Shown here one piece after another: positions 1-11,117 of a stretch of DNA of 64,000 bases (positions within the stretch are counted from its first letter, which is position 1; every line of letters starts with the position of its first letter). Origin of the DNA: an uncultured Enterobacteriaceae bacterium (GTDB taxonomy: Bacteria; Pseudomonadota; Gammaproteobacteria; Burkholderiales; SG8-39); the NCBI GenBank assembly GCA_964617355.1, contig CAZTXP010000037.1:2270-66269 (forward strand), given 5' to 3'. A model generated the notes under the pieces. That model saw only the letters and a list, made by a program, of their open reading frames with translations, did no database searches and was not told the origin of the DNA. The translations under genes were made by a program, and so were the position numbers.

Positions 1-142
1 CCAGCGCGCGGATGGTGCGGCTGAGCGCGGGCTGCGTCATGTAGAGCTTCGCCGCCGCCCGGCCGAAGTGCAGGTCTTCGGCCACGGCGAGGAAGGCGCG
101 CGCCTGTCGCAGGTCGAAGCGGGGAGCCGGGGGAGCCGCCAT
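1..142 (-). CDS. LysR-family transcriptional regulator, N-terminal HTH (partial, runs off window start)
   Basis: Not in the ORF track. Minus strand from ATG at 142 reads [47 protein letters not shown], a classic LysR HTH; divergent from the amidase. Confidence 0.9.
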   Translation of the reverse strand, partial: MAAPPAPRFDLRQARAFLAVAEDLHFGRAAAKLYMTQPALSRTIRAL

Positions 143-241
143 TGTTGCCCCATTTTGCATCAATCAAGCTGTATTTCATATCAAACCATGCCGGCCGGGC
201 CTTACGATGGCTCGGTCACCCAACGCCACCGAGGAGATTCC
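143..241. promoter_or_regulatory. AT-rich divergent promoter region between LysR and amidase
   Basis: AT-rich stretch (ATTTTGCATCAATCAAGCTGTATTTCATATCAAACC) in GC-rich DNA; GAGGAG RBS before ATG 242. Exact LysR box not resolved. Confidence 0.5.
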
Positions 242-973
242 ATGTCCAGCACCACCGACATCGCCGACAAGAAGCTCGAAGCCGCCCTCGAGGCCGCCTT
301 CGCCGAAGCCACCCGCCTCTACCAGGGCAGCGGCTTCCAGCGCCGCGTCGGCTTCGGCTCGAAGCCCGCACTGATCAGCGTCGACCTCGCCAACGCGTGG
401 ACGCGCCCGGGCAACCCGTTCACCTGCAAGAACGTGGACGAGCAGATCATCCCGTCGATGCAGAAGCTGCTCGCGGCGTTCCGCAAGTACAACCTGCCGG
501 TGGTGCACGTGACCACCTGCTACCAGATCACCGACCGCAAGAACCCGCACACCGACATGGGCCTGTGGCACGACAAGATCCCCGTGGACGTGGTGGACCA
601 GAAGAACACCGAACTCTGGGCGATCGACTCGCGCATCGCGCCGATCGAGGGCGAGCAGCTGCTGATCAAGAAGCGCGCCAGCGCCTTCCACGGCACCTAC
701 CTCGCGGGCTACCTGCGCGCGGCGGGCGTGGACACGATCCTCGTCACCGGCGTGACCGCGTCGGCCTGCGTGCGCGAGACCATCTGCGACGGCCTCGCCG
801 ACGGCTTCCGCCCGATCGCGGTCAAGGAAGCGATCGGGGACCGCATCCCGGGCGCGGTGCTGTGGAACCTCTTCGACATCGACGCAAAGTTCGGCGACGT
901 CGAGACCACCGCGCGCTGCCTGCAGTATCTGGACGAGGTCGGCGCCAAGCACCTGAAGGCCAAGGCAGCCTGA
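242..973 (+). CDS. N-carbamoylsarcosine amidase (isochorismatase/cysteine hydrolase family)
   Basis: Motifs [22 protein letters not shown] (Asp-Lys-Cys triad), DMGLW..KIP and [14 protein letters not shown] match my recollection of the Arthrobacter enzyme; start placed at ATG 242 after the RBS. Confidence 0.8.
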   Translation: MSSTTDIADKKLEAALEAAFAEATRLYQGSGFQRRVGFGSKPALISVDLANAWTRPGNPFTCKNVDEQIIPSMQKLLAAFRKYNLPVVHVTTCYQITDRKNPHTDMGLWHDKIPVDVVDQKNTELWAIDSRIAPIEGEQLLIKKRASAFHGTYLAGYLRAAGVDTILVTGVTASACVRETICDGLADGFRPIAVKEAIGDRIPGAVLWNLFDIDAKFGDVETTARCLQYLDEVGAKHLKAKAA

Positions 974-1046
974 TGGCCTTGCAGTGACGCGGGGCATTCG
1001 CCCCCGCGTCACGCACGCATCACACGGCCGGGGTACCCTTCGCAGC

Positions 1047-2435
1047 ATGTACGTCGGCCTCTTCGACCTCTTCAAGATCGGCATCGGCCCGTCGAGCTCG
1101 CACACCGTCGGGCCGATGCGGGCCGCGCGCCGCTTCCTCTACGAACTGCCGCCCGGTGCGCTCGCGCGCATCGCACGTGTCGAGGTGACGCTGCACGGGT
1201 CCCTGGCGCACACCGGCCGTGGACACGGCACCGACCTCGCCATCGTGCTCGGCCTGATGGGCTCGCTGCCCGACGAGATCGATCCCTCCGCGGTCGGCGC
1301 GACGGTCGCGAAGGTGCGCGAAGCGAAGTCGATCGCGCTGCTCGGCGAGCGCGTCGTGGCCTTCGACGAAGCCACCGACCTGCGCTTCAACCTCAAGGAC
1401 GTCCTCCCGATCCACTCGAACGGGATGGTGTTCCGCGCCTTCGACGCGGCGGGCGAGCGGGTGGCCGAGCGCGACCTCTACTCCATCGGCGGCGGCTTCG
1501 TCGTCGACGACCATGAGGCCTTCGTCGGCACGCCGCGCGGCGAGAACGCGATCGTGCCGCATGCGTTCGACACCATGCAGGCGCTGCTCGACCGCGCCCA
1601 CGCACTCGGACGGCCGATCACCGCCCTGCTCGCCGAGAACGAGCACGCGCTGCACGGCGCGGAGCGCACGAACGCGTTCATCTCGCGCATCGAAGCCGTG
1701 ATGCGCGACTGCATCCGCCGCGGCATCGAGACCGAGGGCACGCTCCCGGGCGGGCTGTCGGTGAAGCGCCGCGCCAAGGCGCTCGCCGAACGCCTTGCCG
1801 CCGGCACCGGGATCGCGGGCCACGACACGATGAACTGGGTCAGCACCTACGCGATCGCGGTGAACGAGGAGAACGCCGCCGGCGGCCGCGTGGTCACCGC
1901 GCCGACCAACGGCGCCGCCGGCGTGGTGCCCGCGGTGCTCGAGTACTACCGCCGCTTCTGCAAGGGCGACGACGCGGGCGTCGAACGCTACTTCCTCGCC
2001 GCCGCCGCGATCGGGTCGCTCTGCAAGCGCAACGCGTCGATCTCGGGCGCAGAGGTCGGCTGCCAGGGCGAAGTCGGCTCCGCGGCGGCGATGGCCGCGG
2101 GCGGGCTCGCCGCCGCGCTCGGCGCAACCAACGAGCAGGTCGAGAACGCGGCCGAGATCGCGCTCGAGCACCACTTCGGCATGACCTGCGACCCGATCGG
2201 CGGCCTGGTGCAGGTGCCCTGCATCGAGAGGAACGCGATGGGTGCGGTGAAGGCGATCAACGCCTGTTCACTGTCGATGCTCGGCGACGGCACGCACCTC
2301 GTCAGCCTCGACGCGGCGATCGAGACCCTGCGCCGCACCGGCGCGGACATGCAGTCGAAGTACAAGGAGACCGCGCTCGGCGGGCTCGCGGTCACGGTCG
2401 CCGCGCCCGCGTCGATCGCGCAGGCGGAGTGTTGA
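1047..2435 (+). CDS. sdaA: L-serine ammonia-lyase (Fe-S, single chain)
   Basis: [47 protein letters not shown]-like [24 protein letters not shown]. Confidence 0.95.
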   Translation: MYVGLFDLFKIGIGPSSSHTVGPMRAARRFLYELPPGALARIARVEVTLHGSLAHTGRGHGTDLAIVLGLMGSLPDEIDPSAVGATVAKVREAKSIALLGERVVAFDEATDLRFNLKDVLPIHSNGMVFRAFDAAGERVAERDLYSIGGGFVVDDHEAFVGTPRGENAIVPHAFDTMQALLDRAHALGRPITALLAENEHALHGAERTNAFISRIEAVMRDCIRRGIETEGTLPGGLSVKRRAKALAERLAAGTGIAGHDTMNWVSTYAIAVNEENAAGGRVVTAPTNGAAGVVPAVLEYYRRFCKGDDAGVERYFLAAAAIGSLCKRNASISGAEVGCQGEVGSAAAMAAGGLAAALGATNEQVENAAEIALEHHFGMTCDPIGGLVQVPCIERNAMGAVKAINACSLSMLGDGTHLVSLDAAIETLRRTGADMQSKYKETALGGLAVTVAAPASIAQAEC

Positions 2436-2451
2436 AGCTCGGTCCCGGGGG

Positions 2452-3501
2452 CTAGTCGACGAGCACGCAGTGCTCGGGGCGCCAGCTCACCACGAGCTTC
2501 GTGCCCGGTGCCGCCGTCACGTGCGGCGCGTCGGAATCCGCGCTCACCAGCAGCCGTTCGCCGGACTCGGCGACGAGGTCGTACTCGGTCTGCGCGCCCA
2601 GGTACGTGACCGAGCGCAGCGTCGCTTCCATCCAGTTGCCATCCGCCGGCGCCGCGGTGGCGACGCGCGCGTGCTCGGGCCGGAAGCACAGCGCCCCGGT
2701 GCCCACGGCGTGCTGCCCCGAGAAGCCGCAGGCGCGGCCGTTCGCGAGCTGGAAGCGCCCGGGTTCCGTGACACGGCCTTCCAGCAGGTTGCACTTGCCG
2801 ATGAAGGTGGCCACGAAGCGCGAAACCGGACGCTTGTAGAGGTCCTCCGCCGAGCCGAGCTGCTCCAGCTTGCCGTGGCTCATCACGCCGATGCGATCGG
2901 CGATCGCCATCGCCTCTTCCTGGTCGTGCGTGACGAACACCGAGGTGATCTTCGCGTCCTGCTGCAGCTCGCGGATCTCGGTGCGCATCTGCGTGCGCAG
3001 CTTGGCGTCGAGCGCCGAGAACGGCTCGTCGAGCAGCAGCACGTCCGGCTCGATCACCATCGCGCGCGCGAGCGCCACGCGCTGCTGCTGCCCGCCCGAG
3101 AGGGCGCGAGGCGAGCGCTCGGCCATGGCTTCCAGCTGCACCCAGCGCAGCATCTCGGCGACGCGCTTCGCCTTGCGATCGGCGTCCCACGAGCGCACCT
3201 TGAGGCCGAACTCGATATTCTTCGCGACGCTGAGGTGCGGAAACAGCGCGTAGCCCTGGAACACCATGCCCACATTGCGCTTGTGTACCGGCACTCGCGT
3301 GACGTCGCGCTCGCCGAACCTGATATGGCCCGCGGTCGGCTCGACGAAGCCCGCGATCATGCGCAGCGTGGTGGTCTTGCCGCAGCCGCTGGGGCCGAGC
3401 AGCGCGAGCAGCTCGCCATCGCGGATGTCGAGGGAGACGTCGTCGACCGCGGCGAGTTCGCCGTAGGTCTTTCGAATCGAGGTGAGCGTGACGCCGGACA
3501 T
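2452..3501 (-). CDS. ABC transporter ATP-binding protein, PotA-like
   Basis: Walker A GPSGCGKT, signature LSGGQQQR, Walker B LLLDEP, C-terminal TOBE-like region; start MSGVTLTS at 3501. Confidence 0.93.
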   Translation of the reverse strand: MSGVTLTSIRKTYGELAAVDDVSLDIRDGELLALLGPSGCGKTTTLRMIAGFVEPTAGHIRFGERDVTRVPVHKRNVGMVFQGYALFPHLSVAKNIEFGLKVRSWDADRKAKRVAEMLRWVQLEAMAERSPRALSGGQQQRVALARAMVIEPDVLLLDEPFSALDAKLRTQMRTEIRELQQDAKITSVFVTHDQEEAMAIADRIGVMSHGKLEQLGSAEDLYKRPVSRFVATFIGKCNLLEGRVTEPGRFQLANGRACGFSGQHAVGTGALCFRPEHARVATAAPADGNWMEATLRSVTYLGAQTEYDLVAESGERLLVSADSDAPHVTAAPGTKLVVSWRPEHCVLVD

Positions 3502-3506
3502 GGGTT

Positions 3507-4307
3507 CTAGAAGGCCTTGCCGAGCTTGACGAAGCGGTCGGAGACGAGGAGCCCGATCGCGATGATCGCGATCTGCACGGTGGCGACCGCCGAGATCGTC
3601 GGGTCGAGGCTCCACTCGAGGTAGTTGACGATCGCGATCGGCAGCGTCGTCTTGCCCGGGCCGATCAGGAACAGCGACTTCTCGAGGTCGGAGAACGAGG
3701 CGATGAACGAGAACATCGCCGCCGCGATGATGCCCGGGCGGATGATCGGCAGCGTGACGTAGAAGAAGGTCTGCCACGCATTCGCGCCGAGGCTGCGCGC
3801 CGCCTCCTCGGAGGTCGTGTTCGCGGTGACGAGGGCCGCGCAGACGAGGCGCATGGTCCACGGCAGCGCGATCAGCGAATGCGCGATCACCAGGCCGCCG
3901 AAGGTCGCCGCGAGCTGTACCTTGGTCAGGATCTCGAACTCGACGTAGTAGATGTACACCGCGGCGCCGGCGACGATCGCCGGCACGTACATGGGCGCGA
4001 GCAGCACCTGGCGGATCGACTCGCTCCCCGGGAATGCGCGCCGCTCGATCGCCAGCGCCGCCGGCACGCCAAGCACCAGCGACACCAGCGTCGCGCAGGC
4101 GCCGACCTGCAGGCTGGTCAGGAAGCCGTTGGCGAAGTCCGGCAGCGCCCACGCGGCGGCGTACCACGAGGTGGTGTAGCCGGTGGGCGGGAAGATCAGG
4201 ATCTTGTCCTTGAAGAAGCTCGCCCAGACGATCATCAGCAAGGGCCCGAGCAGGAACACGAAGATCGACGCGACCAGCGCGTGGAAGGCGAGGCGCCCGG
4301 GCTTCAT
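3507..4307 (-). CDS. ABC transporter permease, PotC-like
   Basis: Hydrophobic helices, EEAARSLGA EAA loop, TTLPIAI; start MKPGRLAF overlaps the upstream stop. Confidence 0.9.
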   Translation of the reverse strand: MKPGRLAFHALVASIFVFLLGPLLMIVWASFFKDKILIFPPTGYTTSWYAAAWALPDFANGFLTSLQVGACATLVSLVLGVPAALAIERRAFPGSESIRQVLLAPMYVPAIVAGAAVYIYYVEFEILTKVQLAATFGGLVIAHSLIALPWTMRLVCAALVTANTTSEEAARSLGANAWQTFFYVTLPIIRPGIIAAAMFSFIASFSDLEKSLFLIGPGKTTLPIAIVNYLEWSLDPTISAVATVQIAIIAIGLLVSDRFVKLGKAF

Positions 4308-5167
4308 CGCGCGCCTCCCGCCGGCCCGCGCGCCAGCATCCGCCCGGAGAGCACGGTGAGCACCATCGTCACGGCGACCAGGATGCAGGCGAGCGTCGAG
4401 CCGAGCGGCCAGTTGTTCGCCTTCGAGATCTGCTCGTACACCGCCGGCCCCATCATGTGCATCGTCGGCCCGCCGATCAGCACCGGCGTCGCGTAGGCGT
4501 TCATCGCCAGCGCGAAGCAGATCGCCGAGGCCGCCACCACGCCCGGCATCGCGAGCGGCAGCACCACCTCGAATACCGTGCGCAGCGGCGAGTGCCCGAG
4601 CGACTGGCCGGCCTCCTCGAGGCTGGTCGGGATCGCGTCCATCACGCTCTGCAGCGTGATGATCGCGAACGGCAGCAGCACCGACACCAGCGCGATCACC
4701 ACCGCGGTCGGCGTGTAGAGGATCTTGATCGGCTCCGGGATCAGGCCGATGCCGATCAGCACCGCGTTCGCCACGCCCTTGGTGCCCATCATCAGCATCC
4801 ACGCCGCCGAGCGCACCGCGTTGCCGAGGAGCAGCGGCAGCACCGTGAGGATGATCAGCAGCCCGCGCAGCCGCTGCGATTCCAGCCGCGTGATGTAGTA
4901 GGCGACCGGGAACGCGAGCAGCATCACGATCACGGTCGACAGCGCGGCGATGCCGGCGGTGGTACCGAGGACGTTCTGGTAGAACGGGTCGGTCACCGCC
5001 TTCACGTAGTTCTCGGGCGTCAGCACGCCCAGCATCAGCTTGATCGGGTCGTAGCGATCGAAGCTGTAGCGCAGGATCAGGGCGAGCGGCGCGAGCAGGA
5101 ACGCGGCGACGAGCAGGAACGCCGGCGCCACCAGCGCCGGCCCTCCCCAGCCGCGTTTCTCCTGCAT
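4304..5167 (-). CDS. ABC transporter permease, PotB-like
   Basis: TM helices, LEEAGQSLG EAA loop, YATPVLIGG. Confidence 0.9.
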   Translation of the reverse strand: MQEKRGWGGPALVAPAFLLVAAFLLAPLALILRYSFDRYDPIKLMLGVLTPENYVKAVTDPFYQNVLGTTAGIAALSTVIVMLLAFPVAYYITRLESQRLRGLLIILTVLPLLLGNAVRSAAWMLMMGTKGVANAVLIGIGLIPEPIKILYTPTAVVIALVSVLLPFAIITLQSVMDAIPTSLEEAGQSLGHSPLRTVFEVVLPLAMPGVVAASAICFALAMNAYATPVLIGGPTMHMMGPAVYEQISKANNWPLGSTLACILVAVTMVLTVLSGRMLARGPAGGAR

Positions 5168-5194
5168 GCCGTCCCCGTCCCTACGCCCGCGCGC

Positions 5195-6229
5195 TCACGC
5201 GAGGAAGTTCTTCTTCCACCAGTCGAGCCAGGCGGTCAGGTTCTTCGCCCAGTAGTCGTTGTCGGCGTAGTGCAGCTTCGCGCTCTGCTCCGGCGTGTAC
5301 GCGATCTTCTTGCCGACGTCGCCCGACAGGTTCACCGCGGTGATCGGCGGCGTGTAGAAGTTGTCCGCGCAGAGCGAGACCAGCTGGGTCGGATCGAGCA
5401 GCGCGTTCAGGTAGGTGTACGCGCCGTCCTTGTTGGCCGCGCGCCGCGGCATCACGGCACCGAATACCTGGTAGATCGCGCCTTCCTTCGGATACGCCGT
5501 GAGCACCTTGGTGCCGTCCTTGGCGAACTGCAGGCCGCGCGCCCGGTAGTTCGCCATGATCCAGATCTCCTCGCTCTGCAGCGCAGCCTGCGCCTGCTGG
5601 TGCGCCGGGTAGACCTTGGGCTGCACGGCCTTCTTCCACTCGAGCAGCATCTTCTGCGCGCCGGCGAAGTCGTTCATCTTGCCCGAGGCGACGATGCTCG
5701 CGGTCTGCATCGCGTTGCCGTAGTTCTGGTCCATCACGCCGACCTTGCCGGCGTACTTGGGATTCCACATGTCCGCGTACGCGGTGACCGGGTCCTTGAT
5801 CTTCTCGGGGTTGTAGACCAGCTCCCAGCCCGACCACAGCCACGGCAGGAAGAACGGCCGCTTCATGCCCTGCACCATCGTCGCGGCGTTCGGGATCTTC
5901 GAGTAGTCGAGCGTCTCGAGCGCCTCGTTCACGTGCAGCGTGTAGGCCTCGGCCTCGCCCAGGTGGGCGATGTCCACAGTGCCGCGCGGCAGGCGCTTCT
6001 CGGCGATGATCTTGGTGAGCCGCGGCGGCTGCTCGCCGAGTTCGCGCTGGATGGTCCAGCCCTTGGCCTCCAGCAGCGGCGCCTCGATGTGCTTCACCGT
6101 GCGGCCGTTCCAGTCTCCGCCCCAGTTCATCACCGCGATGGTCTTCGATTGCGCGACGGCCGGGCGGATGCCCAGCATGCCCGCGCCCGCTGCCGCGAGC
6201 CCTGCACCGACGAATTGCCTGCGTTTCAT
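5195..6229 (-). CDS. ABC substrate-binding protein, PotD/PotF-like, Tat signal
   Basis: MKRRQFVGAG twin-arginine signal; WGG, YNPEK and PKEGA motifs; in operon with the permeases. Confidence 0.88.
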   Translation of the reverse strand: MKRRQFVGAGLAAAGAGMLGIRPAVAQSKTIAVMNWGGDWNGRTVKHIEAPLLEAKGWTIQRELGEQPPRLTKIIAEKRLPRGTVDIAHLGEAEAYTLHVNEALETLDYSKIPNAATMVQGMKRPFFLPWLWSGWELVYNPEKIKDPVTAYADMWNPKYAGKVGVMDQNYGNAMQTASIVASGKMNDFAGAQKMLLEWKKAVQPKVYPAHQQAQAALQSEEIWIMANYRARGLQFAKDGTKVLTAYPKEGAIYQVFGAVMPRRAANKDGAYTYLNALLDPTQLVSLCADNFYTPPITAVNLSGDVGKKIAYTPEQSAKLHYADNDYWAKNLTAWLDWWKKNFLA

Positions 6230-6254
6230 GGGATTGCCTCCGTGAAAGGGACGG

Positions 6255-7268
6255 TTACTTCCAGACCTGGGAACAGACTCGGTGGAAATTCCCCCCGAGG
6301 ATGCCGCGCACGGCCTCGTCGGGGTAGTTCTTGCGGCACATCAGCTCGGCGAGATCCTCGACCTGCTCGGGCTGCACGAACTTCGTGTGGCGGTTCGGCC
6401 GGCCCTGGTTGTCGGGCCAGGCGTCCGGATTGTCGTCGACGTACTTCCAGAATCCGGCCACGTCCTTCACGTAGTCGAGGCCGATGCCGGCGTGCTTCGC
6501 GCCGACCAGGTTCACGATGTGGTCGAGGTGGCGGAACATGGTCTCGCTCTTCGCCTCGACGTCGTCGAGGAACTCGCCCAGCCCGTTGACGCCGATCACG
6601 CCGCCGGTCTCGGCGCACTTCCTGATCTGGTCGTCGCGGATGTTGCGGTAGTGCGGGAACACCGCATGCGCGTTGCAGTGCGAGAAGATGCACGGCGCGG
6701 TGCTGGCCTCCATCGCCTCCATGGAAGTGCGGTACCCCGTGTGCGTGCCGTCCACCAGCATGCCGACCCGGTTCATCTCGCGGATCATCGTCAGGCCGAA
6801 GCGCGACAGGCCGGCGTCGGTGCGCTCGGCGCAGCCATCGCCCACGAGGTTCTTCTGGTTGTAGGCCATCAGCATGTGGCGCACGCCCAGCCGATAGAAG
6901 ACCTCCACCAGTCCGACGTCGTTGGCGAGCACGTTGGTGCCCTGGAAGTTCAGCGTGATCGCGAGCTGGCCGGCCTTGCGTGCCGCATCGACGTCGTCGA
7001 TCGTGCGCACGAACCGGTAGAGCTCCGGGTGCTTCGCGCAGACGGCGTACACCTTGCCGATGCTGCCGAGTGCGGTCTCGGGGCCGAAGGTCTTGTCGCC
7101 GCCGATGGTAAGCGACACCAGCCCGAACCCGGCCTTGCGAAAGCGCGGCAGCGTGATGCCGTCGGTGGCGTGCTGCAGGCCATACGGAACGGTCATGTCC
7201 CAGACGAGCGAGGAGCGGTACAGCTCCCGGGCGCGCGCGCCGATCTCGAGGGTCGGGCCGTGCTGCAT
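6255..7268 (-). CDS. Membrane dipeptidase (peptidase M19 family)
   Basis: RHMLMAYNQKN, GLSRFG..MIREMNRVGMLVDGTH, FSHCN, RNIRD, HAGIGLDY; start MQHGPTL at 7268. Confidence 0.88.
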   Translation of the reverse strand: MQHGPTLEIGARARELYRSSLVWDMTVPYGLQHATDGITLPRFRKAGFGLVSLTIGGDKTFGPETALGSIGKVYAVCAKHPELYRFVRTIDDVDAARKAGQLAITLNFQGTNVLANDVGLVEVFYRLGVRHMLMAYNQKNLVGDGCAERTDAGLSRFGLTMIREMNRVGMLVDGTHTGYRTSMEAMEASTAPCIFSHCNAHAVFPHYRNIRDDQIRKCAETGGVIGVNGLGEFLDDVEAKSETMFRHLDHIVNLVGAKHAGIGLDYVKDVAGFWKYVDDNPDAWPDNQGRPNRHTKFVQPEQVEDLAELMCRKNYPDEAVRGILGGNFHRVCSQVWK

Positions 7269-8248
7269 CAGGGTTGCTCCAGCCGGATGCCGCGCGAGCG
7301 CACCACGCGCCCGAAGCGCTCGTACTCGGCGCGCATGAACTCGGCGAACTCCGCCGGCGTGCCGCCCGACACCTCCCAGCCGAAGGCCGAGATCTTCTGG
7401 TGCACCTCGGTATCCTTCGCGAGGATCGCCGAGATCTCGCGCGACAGGCGCTCGCGCACCGCCGCCGGCACGCCGGCCGGCGCGACGATGCCGTACCACG
7501 AGCCGCCCTCGGCGCCCTTCAGGCCGAGCTCGGCGTAGGTCGGCACGTCGGGGATCCAGCGCGCGGCGCGCTGCGCGCCGCCGTAGGCGAGCACCTTCGC
7601 GCGGCCGTCCTTCTGCATCGCGGCGGCATTGATCGGGCTCGACACGATGAGATTCACCTGTCCGCCGAGGAAGGCGCTCGACGCCGGCGCCGCGCCCTGG
7701 AAGGGCACGTGCAAGAGGTCGGTGCCGGTGGCGGTCTCGAAAAGCGCCACGGCGACGTGCGCCGTGCTGCCGATGCCCCAGGTGCCGTAGGTGACCCGGT
7801 TCGGCTCGCGCTTCGCGGCGGCGACGAGATCGGCGACGCTAGCCACCTGCAGGTCCGGGCGCGCGAGCAGCGCGAACCAGACGGTGCCGACCAGCGTGAT
7901 CGGCTCGAAGCCCTTCTGCGCGTCGTAGGGCAGGCTGCGGTAGACGTGCGGGTTGATCGAGTGCGTGTCCGCGGTGGCCATCAGCAGCGTGTAGCCGTCC
8001 GGCGCCGCCTTCGCCGCCTGCTGCGTGCCGATGATGCCGTTCGCGCCCGCGCGGTTCTCGACCGCGACCGGCTGGCCCAGGCGCTTCGCGAGTTGCTCCG
8101 CCACGAGGCGCGTGGCCGAATCGGTGGCCGCGCCCGGCGGCCAGGCGACCAGGATGCGCAGCGGCTTCTCCGGGTACTGCGCCAGCGACGGCAGCGCGGC
8201 GGCCAGCAAGGCCAGCAGTGCGATGAGTCGGGTCACTCGTGCGCGCAT
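7268..8248 (-). CDS. Bug/TctC tripartite tricarboxylate transporter substrate-binding protein
   Basis: Signal peptide, YPEKPLRILVAWPPG, VENRAGANG, PDGYTLL, HVPFQG. Confidence 0.92.
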   Translation of the reverse strand: MRARVTRLIALLALLAAALPSLAQYPEKPLRILVAWPPGAATDSATRLVAEQLAKRLGQPVAVENRAGANGIIGTQQAAKAAPDGYTLLMATADTHSINPHVYRSLPYDAQKGFEPITLVGTVWFALLARPDLQVASVADLVAAAKREPNRVTYGTWGIGSTAHVAVALFETATGTDLLHVPFQGAAPASSAFLGGQVNLIVSSPINAAAMQKDGRAKVLAYGGAQRAARWIPDVPTYAELGLKGAEGGSWYGIVAPAGVPAAVRERLSREISAILAKDTEVHQKISAFGWEVSGGTPAEFAEFMRAEYERFGRVVRSRGIRLEQP

Positions 8249-8417
8249 GAGTTCCTTTCGAGTCTCGCCCGGAGCGGCGGACCAGCACCGCAGCTTATCC
8301 AAAGCCCCCGCGCGAAAGTTGCCGATATGCGACACGCTTCTGCATTTTTGCGAAGCCGCACCGCGACGGCGCGAACTGCACCTCGGCGGGGCGGGCGGGC
8401 ACGGACGCGCGGGGCGC

Positions 8418-9485
8418 TCAGGCCCTGGCGCGAGGCGCGCCGCGACGGGCCGGCGCCGGACGCTGGGCGTGGCGCGACGCGCGCCGCGCCGCCGACGGCG
8501 TCTCGCGGAAGCGCTGCGCGAACGCGCGCGAGAAGTGCGAGCAGTCGCCGAAGCCGCACTCCAGGCCGATGCTCGTGACCGGCAGGTCGGTATGCTCCAG
8601 CATCCACTTGGCGCGCGCGAGGCGCAGGTGCAGCCGGTAGTCGCGCGGCGTGAGGCCGACGTCGGCGACGAAGCGCCGCTCCAGCTGCCGCGGGCTGATG
8701 CCGAGCTGCCCCGCGACGCCCGCGAGCGAATCCGCCTGCCCGAGCTTCTGTTCGATCAGCAGCATCGCTCGGCGCACCAAGCCATCCGTCGCCTGCCGCG
8801 TGACTACCGATTCGGGCTGGGGCGTATTGGAGGGCAGCGGCTGGTCCTCGATCAGGATGCGCAGGCTCTTCGCGGCCAGCGCGCGCCCGCAGTGGCGCTC
8901 GATCAGGTGCGCCGCGAGGTGCACCACGCTCGTGCCGCCAGCGCAGGTCATGCGATCGCCGTCGACCACGAACATGCGGTTGGACGCGAGACGCAGCGCC
9001 GGGAACTCGGCCTCGAAGTCCTCGCGATGGAACCAGCTCACGCACACGAGGTACCCGTCGAGCAGACCCGCGCGCGCCAGCACGAAGGAGCCGGTGCACA
9101 GGCCGACGAGCCCGACGCCGGCGCGCGCCGCCGCGCGCAGGAAGGCCTGCGTGCCCGGCAATACCTTCTGGCCGCCGTGCAGCAGGCCTCCGACGACCAC
9201 TATGTAGTCGAAGCGCGAAGGATCTTCCATCGGAGACCAGGGCTTCACCGCCGCGCCGCAGCTCGAGGCCACAGGCGCGTGCGCGTCGCCGAGCACCGCC
9301 CATTCGCATTCCAGCGGCCGGCTGCGATCGCCCTCGTCGGCGGCGAGGCGCAGCGCGTCGACGAAGCCGGCGAACGCGGTGAGCGTGAACGACGGCGTCA
9401 GCACGAAGCCGACGCGCAGCTTCGGCGTCGCCGCCTGCGGCGGCGGCGTCGGGCGGGGCGTCCTGGAGGGCTTGCGCAGGCTCAT
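8418..9485 (-). CDS. GlxA/GbdR-type AraC regulator (DJ-1/GATase-like sensor plus HTH)
   Basis: [28 protein letters not shown], then AraC HTH ([21 protein letters not shown]); divergent from soxB. Confidence 0.9.
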   Translation of the reverse strand: MSLRKPSRTPRPTPPPQAATPKLRVGFVLTPSFTLTAFAGFVDALRLAADEGDRSRPLECEWAVLGDAHAPVASSCGAAVKPWSPMEDPSRFDYIVVVGGLLHGGQKVLPGTQAFLRAAARAGVGLVGLCTGSFVLARAGLLDGYLVCVSWFHREDFEAEFPALRLASNRMFVVDGDRMTCAGGTSVVHLAAHLIERHCGRALAAKSLRILIEDQPLPSNTPQPESVVTRQATDGLVRRAMLLIEQKLGQADSLAGVAGQLGISPRQLERRFVADVGLTPRDYRLHLRLARAKWMLEHTDLPVTSIGLECGFGDCSHFSRAFAQRFRETPSAARRASRHAQRPAPARRGAPRARA

Positions 9486-9573
9486 GGGGCTGACGGATAG
9501 ATTAAAGAGAATGTCGCAGAAATCAAAGTACCCGGGGGAGCCTGTGTCTAGCATCCAACGCTCCGGACCCCGC

Positions 9574-10824
9574 ATGGAACGCTTCTCCGTCTTCAGCCTG
9601 TTGCGCCACGCGATGAGCGGCCACCGCCAGTGGCCGCCGTTCTGGCGCGACCCGGCCCCGAAGCAGAAGTACGACGCCATCATCGTCGGCGGCGGCGGCC
9701 ACGGCCTCGCCACCGCGTACTACCTCGCGAAGAACCACGGCCTCGCCAACATCGCGGTACTCGAGAAGGGCTGGATCGGCGGCGGCAACACCGGCCGCAA
9801 CACCACGATCATCCGTTCCAACTACCTGTGGAACGAGAGCGGCGCGCTCTACGAGCATTCGCTGAAGCTGTGGGAGGGCCTCACCGAGGACCTCGGCATC
9901 AACCTGATGTTCAGCCAGCGCGGCGTGCTGAACCTCGCGCACAACCTCGGCGACGTGCGCGAGGCGGTGCGGCGCGTCGAGGCGAACCGGCTGAACGGCA
10001 TCGACGCCGAGTGGCTCACCCCCGAACAGGTGAAGGCCTTCTGCCCGATCGTCAACATCGACCGCGACGCGCGCTACCCGGTGCTCGGCGCGACCCTGCA
10101 GCGCCGCGGCGGCGTGGCGCGGCACGACACCGTGGCCTGGGGCTACGCGCGCGCGGCCGACGCGATGGGCGTGGACATCATCCAGAACTGCGAGGTCACC
10201 GGCATCCTGCGCGAGAACGGCGCGGTCACCGGCGTGCGCACCACGCGCGGCACGATCATGGCGCCGAAGGTCGGCGTGGTTGCCGCGGGCCACACCTCGG
10301 TGATCGCCTCGATGGCCGACGTGCGACTGCCGTTGCAGAGCCACCCGCTGCAAGCCCTCGTGTCCGAGCCGATCAAGCCGATCCACCCCTGCGTGCTGAT
10401 GTCGAACGCGGTGCACGTGTACCTCAGCCAGTCTGACAAGGGCGAGCTGGTGATCGGCGCCGGCATCGACGCGTTCAACTCGTACAGCCAGCGCGGCTCG
10501 TTCCACATCATCGAGCACCAGATGGCGGCGCTGATCGAACTCTTCCCGATCGTCAGCCGCGTGCGCATGCTGCGCACCTGGGGCGGCATCGTGGACGTCT
10601 GCCCCGACGCCTCGCCCATCATCTCGAAGACGCCGGTGAAGGGCCTGTTCCTCAATTGCGGCTGGGGCACAGGCGGTTTCAAGGCCACGCCCGGCTCCGG
10701 CTGGGTGTTCGCGCACACCATCGCCACCGGCGAACCCCACCCGCTCAACGCGCCGTTCGCGCTGGAGCGCTTCTCGACCGGCGCGCTGATCGACGAACAC
10801 GGCGCCGCCGCGGTGGCACACTGA
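9574..10824 (+). CDS. soxB: Sarcosine oxidase subunit beta
   Basis: [60 protein letters not shown] end. Confidence 0.96.
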   Translation: MERFSVFSLLRHAMSGHRQWPPFWRDPAPKQKYDAIIVGGGGHGLATAYYLAKNHGLANIAVLEKGWIGGGNTGRNTTIIRSNYLWNESGALYEHSLKLWEGLTEDLGINLMFSQRGVLNLAHNLGDVREAVRRVEANRLNGIDAEWLTPEQVKAFCPIVNIDRDARYPVLGATLQRRGGVARHDTVAWGYARAADAMGVDIIQNCEVTGILRENGAVTGVRTTRGTIMAPKVGVVAAGHTSVIASMADVRLPLQSHPLQALVSEPIKPIHPCVLMSNAVHVYLSQSDKGELVIGAGIDAFNSYSQRGSFHIIEHQMAALIELFPIVSRVRMLRTWGGIVDVCPDASPIISKTPVKGLFLNCGWGTGGFKATPGSGWVFAHTIATGEPHPLNAPFALERFSTGALIDEHGAAAVAH

Positions 10825-11117
10825 TGTTGCGGATCCGTTGCCCGTGGTGCGGCGAGCGCGAGGAGGTTGAGTTCTCCTATGGCGGCCAGGCGCACATCGC
10901 CTATCCGAAGGACCCCGGCGCGCTCACCGACGACGAGTGGGCGCGCTTCGTCTTCCTGCGCGACAACCCCAAGGGCTGGTTCCGCGAGCGCTGGGTGCAC
11001 TCGCAGGGCTGCCGACGCTGGTTCAACGCGCTGCGCCACACGGTGACGCACGAGATCGCCGCGACCTACAAGCCGGGTGAAGCTCACCCCGAGGAACCCG
11101 CCGGAGGGAAGCCATGA
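10824..11117 (+). CDS. soxD: Sarcosine oxidase subunit delta
   Basis: TGATG-coupled start; [33 protein letters not shown] zinc ligands. Confidence 0.95.
   Translation: MLRIRCPWCGEREEVEFSYGGQAHIAYPKDPGALTDDEWARFVFLRDNPKGWFRERWVHSQGCRRWFNALRHTVTHEIAATYKPGEAHPEEPAGGKP

Noticed and set aside
2452-6229. Naming the ABC system potABCD
   Set aside because: The family is clear, but polyamine specificity is not supported; context points to another substrate.
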